Positions 62,927-64,000 of a stretch of DNA of 64,000 nt are shown here, in pieces (position 1 is the first letter of the stretch; the number at the start of each line of letters is the position of its first letter). The stretch spans positions 4,951 to 68,950 of the forward strand of contig CAJOEI010000025.1 in NCBI GenBank assembly GCA_905233465.1, in the 5' to 3' direction. Made by a program: the position numbers and the translations under genes. This DNA comes from an uncultured Bacteroidaceae bacterium (lineage in GTDB: Bacteria > Bacteroidota > Bacteroidia > Bacteroidales > Bacteroidaceae). The notes below the pieces were generated by a model. The model was not told the DNA's origin. It ran no database searches and saw only the letters and a program-made list of their open reading frames with translations.

Positions 62927-64000
62927 AGGGGCCACTCCACCGGTGCGAAGCCCCTCTTGATGGACAACTCTGACAACGGCGTGACGGCACACCATACCGC
63001 CATATCACGCACGCCAAAGTCGAGAGGTTTACCTGCAGCGAGCGCTCCTATAAGGCGCTCGTTCATTGTTTGTGTGAGGGCCGAATGCGATTGGCTGCCG
63101 TCGTCGCGCACGGTGATGGTGCCACGTGTTCCCACGATGTGGAACAGACGGTCGTAAGGTTGCGGCGTCAGCACATCGTGACGTAGTATGATGGTGCGTC
63201 CCAGCGCCGTGCGTAGCAATGTTGTCGTGTGGTCGCCGTTGCAGAAGTCAGGTGCCGCCGTGCCCATACGCTGCTCGTAGGCCGACGGGCCCGTGAACGC
63301 CGCCGTATCCATACTCACCAACGTAGTGATGCGATCCTGAGGCCATTGACCATTGACCATTGACCATTGAACATTGTCCATTGAGCATTGCCCATTGTCC
63401 ATTGTCCATTGTCCATTGTCCATTGTCCATTGTCCATTTGTAATTCCCAGCGCCATACATATCGGTGCCAATTCATGGGTCGGATACAGGTCGCCGCGCT
63501 GATGCCGGTTCATCTCCAAACGCCAGGGCGTCCAGCGACCATCAAGAGCATGATAGTATGTACCCTCTGCATGTATCGGCATGCCTATCTCGCCCTCACG
63601 TATCCGCCGTATGGCATCAAGGATGGCAGGGTCGTAGCAGCAGTTCTCAAGCATGAAACAATGACAACCCGTCGTCTCCGAAGTCTCAACCAACGCATTG
63701 ATGTCCTCCAACGTCAGCGCAGCAGGCACCTCCACAGCTACATGCCGCCCCGCACGCATAGCCTCTATAGCCAGACGCGCATGGCTCTGCCAGTCAGTAC
63801 ATATATATGTCAGCTTGACAACGTCGACCATTGACCATTGACCATTGACCATTGATTTATGGTGAGCCTGTCGAACCAATTGTCCATTGTCCATTGTTCT
63901 TTGTGCCGCACGCACCCTCTCCACATCCGTGTCACGCAACGCCGATATACGCACCGGCAGCTTCTCGCCGATGCGCAACAGGCTACGCAACGCCGTCATA
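62923..64000 (-). CDS. Gfo/Idh/MocA family oxidoreductase (GH109-like), 5' end probably outside the window, carrying translated heptamer arrays
   Basis: Contains HARLAIEAMRAGRHVAVEVPAALTLEDINALVETSETTGCHCFMLENCCYDP. The ATG at 63999 is only the most upstream in-window Met. Insert peptides are NGQWTMDNGQWTMDNGQCSMDNVQWSMVNGQW and SMVNGQWSMV. Confidence 0.7.
   Translation of the reverse strand, partial: MTALRSLLRIGEKLPVRISALRDTDVERVRAAQRTMDNGQLVRQAHHKSMVNGQWSMVDVVKLTYICTDWQSHARLAIEAMRAGRHVAVEVPAALTLEDINALVETSETTGCHCFMLENCCYDPAILDAIRRIREGEIGMPIHAEGTYYHALDGRWTPWRLEMNRHQRGDLYPTHELAPICMALGITNGQWTMDNGQWTMDNGQCSMDNVQWSMVNGQWPQDRITTLVSMDTAAFTGPSAYEQRMGTAAPDFCNGDHTTTLLRTALGRTIILRHDVLTPQPYDRLFHIVGTRGTITVRDDGSQSHSALTQTMNERLIGALAAGKPLDFGVRDMAVWCAVTPLSELSIKRGFAPVEWPL
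63343..63440. repeat. 14-unit heptamer array inside the Gfo/Idh/MocA CDS
   Basis: (ccattga)x4 acattgt ccattga gcattgc (ccattgt)x6 ccatttg. Perfect runs are at 63343-63370 and 63392-63433. Confidence 0.92.
63828..63904. repeat. second heptamer array inside the same CDS
   Basis: (ccattga)x4, then a 20-nt gap, then ccaattgt ccattgt ccattgt tctttgt. Confidence 0.9.

Noticed and set aside
1-64000. Mobile genetic elements, prophage, defence islands, toxin-antitoxin pairs
   Set aside because: No ORF shows an integrase, transposase, recombinase, reverse transcriptase, phage structural, restriction-modification or cas motif. The single SF1 helicase (23310-25181) sits in a conserved housekeeping string (coaE ... 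folB), so I treat it as core rather than defence-related.

Overview
This window looks like a mostly core chromosomal segment of a Bacteroidota genome, probably Prevotella/Segatella-like. The evidence is a SusC/SusD pair, T9SS C-terminal sorting tails, many TAnnTTTG -7 promoter boxes, and no Shine-Dalgarno dependence. I support about 47 protein genes and one tRNA-Arg(CCG). They include:
- a 3'-truncated class II ribonucleotide reductase, absent from the ORF track because it runs off the window edge
- tex, an Smr protein, queA, ndk, an M23/LysM peptidase, ansA, and an SGNH-GH125 fusion
- the hexuronate cluster uxaC / MFS / uxuA / uxuB
- a minus-strand string: nusB, yajC, ybbR-like, coaE, DUF5606-like, SF1 helicase, folB
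- comEC, ald, asnA
- a SusC/SusD/lipoprotein unit, followed by a separately promoted C10 cysteine peptidase plus GH36 alpha-galactosidase
- a pheA / aminotransferase / REC-PPDK_N operon
- a TolC-HlyD-2xABC-2 efflux operon, leuA, a 1384-aa multidomain C10 peptidase, a deaminase, and a partial Gfo/Idh/MocA gene

I saw no transposase, integrase, phage gene or CRISPR array.

Four signals stand out:
1. A pervasive family of AT-rich tandem tracts with 7-9 bp periodicity fills almost every gene junction. The same tracts are also translated inside several genes.
2. A recurrent leader element, (ACTTTCA)n-ACT-GCGGC-NNN-GCCGC-GT, sits 9-12 nt upstream of three start codons.
3. A textbook-style Tyr/Phe-rich leader-peptide attenuator lies upstream of pheA. 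Its operon ends in an uncharacterised 977-aa receiver-like/ATP-grasp protein.
4. Five tandem 22-bp palindrome-containing repeats lie upstream of the SGNH-GH125 gene.

All functional calls come from motif recognition by eye. No searches were run.
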